Positions 61,148-64,000 of a stretch of DNA of 64,000 nt are shown piece by piece (within the stretch, counting starts at the first letter, position 1; every line of letters begins with the position of its first letter). The translations under genes were made by a program, and so were the position numbers. Below the pieces are notes generated by a model. It had not been told where the DNA came from. It saw only the letters and a list, made by a program, of their open reading frames with translations, and did not search any database. Source of the DNA: an uncultured Staphylococcaceae bacterium (GTDB lineage Bacteria; Bacillota_I; Bacilli_A; ML615J-28; CAG-313); the NCBI GenBank assembly GCA_964507405.1, contig CAZDPJ010000001.1, positions 10,504 to 74,503 of the forward strand. The letters run 5' to 3'.

Positions 61148-62740
61148 TTATTTTTTTCTTTCTTTTAACATGCTATAAAGCAAGAAGATAATTAAAACAA
61201 TTATTAAAATAATAGTTAAGCAAGCAAATACAGCTGAAATAATAAATATCCATTTAGCATTTGTTTTAATAATTAGTGCCGCAACAACAATTCCCACAGC
61301 AAAAATCATACTAGCAATTAAGATACCAAATATTAAATGATTAGTGATACGACCAATTTTATTAACATTTTCTCTTAAATTAACTATTTCAACATTTTCA
61401 TGACGTTGGCCTTTAATTGTCAGATTTAATAAATCCGATAATTGAGAAGGAATTTCTGCAGTTTTAGATGCACTTTTATAAAGTTTTAATCCTGCTTCTG
61501 GGATCTTATTTTTTATATCAAATTCTTCTTTGTAATTATCTTTAACATGATTACTAAAGAAATCCATTAAATTAGATGAAGGATTAAGGGTTGCAACCAC
61601 CTTTTGTATTATAACAATACTTCTACCAAGTAGCGTTACTCCTTTTGGTAAGCTGATACCATTTCTTAACGCAATATTCATTATTTCTTGAAGAAGGATG
61701 CCCATATCCATATCATTAATATCCATGCCTAAATACTTTGACATCATATTTTCGATATCTTGATATAACTTAGCATGATTTACTTCATAACGGCAAACAC
61801 CTATTGTTAAGATAACAGCTTTAATTTCATATATATCATTATTAATAACTGCTTTAATAGCACGTTTATATAATGCACGGTCTCGTTTTGAAATTATACC
61901 TACCATTCCTAGATCAAGCCATACAATTTTTCCATCACAAACAAGAATGTTACCACTATGAGGATCAGCATGAAAAATACCTAAATCAACTACTTGTTCA
62001 GTAAAGTTTTCAACAAGCTTATTACAAATTTCTACTGGGTCATATCCATTTTCTTTTAAATTATCAATATCATTTATCTTAATACCATCAATATATTCCA
62101 TAACTAAAACATGCGTTGTTGTATATTCTTCGTATGTTTTAGGTAATTTAATATATTTAGTATTTTCATGATTTTTAGTAAATAATTTAATATTATTTAA
62201 TTCATTATAGAAATTCATTTCTAATTTCATTGCTTCAAATGTTTCATCAAGAATGATATTTAAATCAACTATTTCATCTAATGTTGTAAATAAATTTAAA
62301 TATCTAATAGCCTGTTTTAATATTTTAAAGTCTTGTTCAACAATTTCTTCAATATTAGGTCTCATTACCTTAATTACAACTTTTGTATCATCATGAAGTT
62401 TAGCAAGATGTACTTGACCAATTGAAGCAGATCCAATTGGTGCCTCACAAATTTCTTTAAATATATCAGCAATACTAATATTTAGTTCTTTTTCGATGAC
62501 ATCTTTAACAATATCAAAACTAAGTGGTTTAACATTTTCTTTTAATTTACTAAGTTCCTCACAATATTCATGAGGTAACATGTCTTCTCTTGTTGACATG
62601 ATTTGGCCTAATTTAACATAAGTAGGTCCTAAATCTTCAATTGTTTCTCTAATTTTTATAGGGTCAATTCCCTTTTGAAGTTTGTGTTTTAATAATATTT
62701 TAGTAATCTGTCTAAAGCGATGTTTATTCTGCTTCTTCAC
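61148..62740 (-). CDS. ABC1/UbiB-family atypical protein kinase with C-terminal TM helices
   Basis: 530 aa; ABC1 domain (LGPTYVKLGQIMSTR, GSASIGQVH, HADPHSGN). Confidence 0.85.
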   Translation of the reverse strand: MKKQNKHRFRQITKILLKHKLQKGIDPIKIRETIEDLGPTYVKLGQIMSTREDMLPHEYCEELSKLKENVKPLSFDIVKDVIEKELNISIADIFKEICEAPIGSASIGQVHLAKLHDDTKVVIKVMRPNIEEIVEQDFKILKQAIRYLNLFTTLDEIVDLNIILDETFEAMKLEMNFYNELNNIKLFTKNHENTKYIKLPKTYEEYTTTHVLVMEYIDGIKINDIDNLKENGYDPVEICNKLVENFTEQVVDLGIFHADPHSGNILVCDGKIVWLDLGMVGIISKRDRALYKRAIKAVINNDIYEIKAVILTIGVCRYEVNHAKLYQDIENMMSKYLGMDINDMDMGILLQEIMNIALRNGISLPKGVTLLGRSIVIIQKVVATLNPSSNLMDFFSNHVKDNYKEEFDIKNKIPEAGLKLYKSASKTAEIPSQLSDLLNLTIKGQRHENVEIVNLRENVNKIGRITNHLIFGILIASMIFAVGIVVAALIIKTNAKWIFIISAVFACLTIILIIVLIIFLLYSMLKERKK

Positions 62741-63053
62741 TTGGTTGTTCTTCTAATGATGCGATTTTTTCTTTAATCTTTGTTAAATCTTCTTTGCTTA
62801 AAGTATCCATTTTTTCAATGAATTCATCAGTTGTTTCATCTTTTACTACTGTTACATTAATAACTTTATCAACTGCTTCTTTAATGTTATGTTTTAATTC
62901 TTCATTATTTACTTGACATTTTTCACAAGCAGCTTTTCCTTTTTCTTGAAATTCACTAACCATTTCTTTAGCTTTTTCAAGTGCAACACTAGCAGCACCA
63001 ACTGTTACATAAACAACATTTTTTAATTGTTCTTCTAATTTTTTAGTTTCCAT
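62724..63053 (-). CDS. phasin-like small coiled-coil protein
   Basis: 109 aa acidic helical protein immediately upstream of and overlapping UbiB kinase gene, a recurrent pairing. Confidence 0.4.
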   Translation of the reverse strand: METKKLEEQLKNVVYVTVGAASVALEKAKEMVSEFQEKGKAACEKCQVNNEELKHNIKEAVDKVINVTVVKDETTDEFIEKMDTLSKEDLTKIKEKIASLEEQPSEEAE

Positions 63054-63117
63054 TATTATTTCCTCCTATTAAAGAGATTTACTCTCTACTAATATTTTAT
63101 CACTTTTTATATTTTTG

Positions 63118-63178
63118 TAAATAGACAAGAAATAATTTATGTCAATTATTTAGACAAATATATAAATTTGTCTATTTA
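63118..63178. promoter_or_regulatory. nested inverted/direct repeats built on half-site TAGACAA (AAATAGACAA ... TAGACAAAT-ATATAA-ATTTGTCTA-TTT)
   Basis: read directly; lies in divergent region between phasin/UbiB operon and small plus-strand ORF; TetR gene nearby. Confidence 0.35.
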
Positions 63179-63228
63179 CTTTAACCAATAAATCTGTTAT
63201 AATTTTAATAGATTTATGAGGTGAATTT

Positions 63229-63465
63229 ATGTTTAACAAAGATTTAAAAGCAGTTATTATAGATGTAAACATCGATTTATTACTTAAGAATATTACTAAA
63301 TCACCAACACGTTGTGCAAGAAATATCATTGAGCTTGGATTATCATCTACACTTAATGAGAACTTAAAAGCTAAAAAAGATGAATTATATCACAATCTTT
63401 TAGAAATTCTTGAAACACATAATATTGAAAAAATTAAGAAGTGGTTTTTTCAGACATTCTTTTAA
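63229..63465 (+). CDS. hypothetical small protein (78 aa); 3' end overlaps convergent TetR gene
   Basis: ORF only. Confidence 0.25.
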   Translation: MFNKDLKAVIIDVNIDLLLKNITKSPTRCARNIIELGLSSTLNENLKAKKDELYHNLLEILETHNIEKIKKWFFQTFF

Positions 63466-63952
63466 ACATTTTACAAGTCCATGAAGCAAGTTCTTCTGGA
63501 CTTTCTTTCATTCCAGTCTGAATCCATTCAATTATTAATCCAACAAGGCCATAGGTATAAAATTTTATATCTTGGCTTTTTTTATTTTGATTATTCATTT
63601 TAATTAATTCTTCTAATACCGAATATAAGTATTGTTTAAATCCATATTCAGTATTCATAGATAATGCATTATTATATAAATATTTTTCTTCATGCATAGT
63701 TGTAAACATATTTCTAAAGGCTTCTTCATAATTATTATTTTCTAATTTTTTAACAAGTGGTAAAAAAATTTCATTATAATAAATCCAATTCATTAATTCA
63801 TATTTATCTTGAAAATGATAATAAAAAGTTTGACGATTTAAATTACAAACATTAGTAATATCACTAATTGATATTTTATCAAATTGTTTTTCTTTCATCA
63901 ATTTTTTGAAAGAATAAATAATTGCTTGTTTAGTAATAGTTTGTTCTTTCAT
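63434..63952 (-). CDS. TetR/AcrR-family transcriptional regulator (DhaS-like)
   Basis: 172 aa; N-terminal HTH ISISDITNVCNLNRQTFYYHF. Confidence 0.8.
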   Translation of the reverse strand: MKEQTITKQAIIYSFKKLMKEKQFDKISISDITNVCNLNRQTFYYHFQDKYELMNWIYYNEIFLPLVKKLENNNYEEAFRNMFTTMHEEKYLYNNALSMNTEYGFKQYLYSVLEELIKMNNQNKKSQDIKFYTYGLVGLIIEWIQTGMKESPEELASWTCKMFKRMSEKTTS

Positions 63953-64000
63953 ATTTACTCCTTTTATTTTAGGATTTTACTCACTATTTTTTGTTTCTTT

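Noticed and set aside
1-64000. Searched for CRISPR arrays, tRNA/rRNA genes, tmRNA, SRP RNA and an RT-containing diversity-generating retroelement near the repeat-rich surface proteins
   Set aside because: I did not find regularly spaced direct repeats, tRNA-like T-arm sequences, a GGAAGCAGC-type SRP motif, or a reverse-transcriptase ORF. This is by manual scanning only, so small RNAs could have been missed.

Overview
This is AT-rich (estimated 27-28% GC by eye) chromosomal DNA with the standard genetic code. It looks like a low-GC Firmicute related to Erysipelotrichia or Mollicutes, and it appears to be a spore-former.

The evidence for that placement is an alpha/beta-type SASP gene, a YjcZ-like gene, YlbD/YlbE-like genes and a GerE-like gene. 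The Opp oligopeptide transporter has Mollicutes-like architecture: long Lys/Glu-rich inserts in OppD and OppF, an OppC with a large ecto-domain, and a 900-aa OppA.

The window is gene-dense, and most genes are on the minus strand. Reading from low to high coordinates it contains:
- a truncated Y-family polymerase gene
- a marR / macB-like ABC / nitroreductase operon
- an approximately 800-bp non-coding stretch bounded by two homologous terminator hairpins
- oppABCDF
- a DUF11 tandem-repeat protein and a B-repeat/DUF6273 surface protein
- rplS
- a CvfB-like S1 protein
- a translationally coupled cadC-cadA-rimM-trmD-lipoprotein-M6 metalloprotease unit
- DUF3737, ylqC and rpsP
- ylbE/ylbD-like genes, a UPF0223 gene and a yjcZ-like gene
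- def, a Cof-type HAD gene and rnj
- a DEDDh exonuclease and a GerE-like HTH gene
- uvrC
- rbfA-infB-ylxQ-ylxR-nusA-rimP
- a TGS/uridine-kinase fusion
- trxA and trxB
- a TrmH-family methyltransferase
- a PadR gene plus a membrane protein
- the SASP gene
- thiI and a cysteine desulfurase
- a TIGR03905-like gene
- zur-znuA-znuC-znuB
- a coupled cassette of unknown function
- a UbiB kinase gene and a phasin-like gene
- a TetR gene

No rRNA, tRNA, CRISPR array, integrase or transposase was recognised.

The most notable observations are as follows. The conserved rpsP-ylqC-rimM-trmD-rplS ribosomal operon is interrupted: a Cd/Zn P-type ATPase is translationally coupled to rimM, and a lipoprotein/metalloprotease pair is coupled to trmD. 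Several perfect palindromic operator candidates lie in front of the zur, marR and cadC genes and the phasin/UbiB operon. A rimP leader hairpin is consistent with NusA autoregulation. Two large surface proteins share Listeria-Bacteroides repeats. The unexplained 800-bp non-coding stretch carries a recurring WAAGACTTYT motif.
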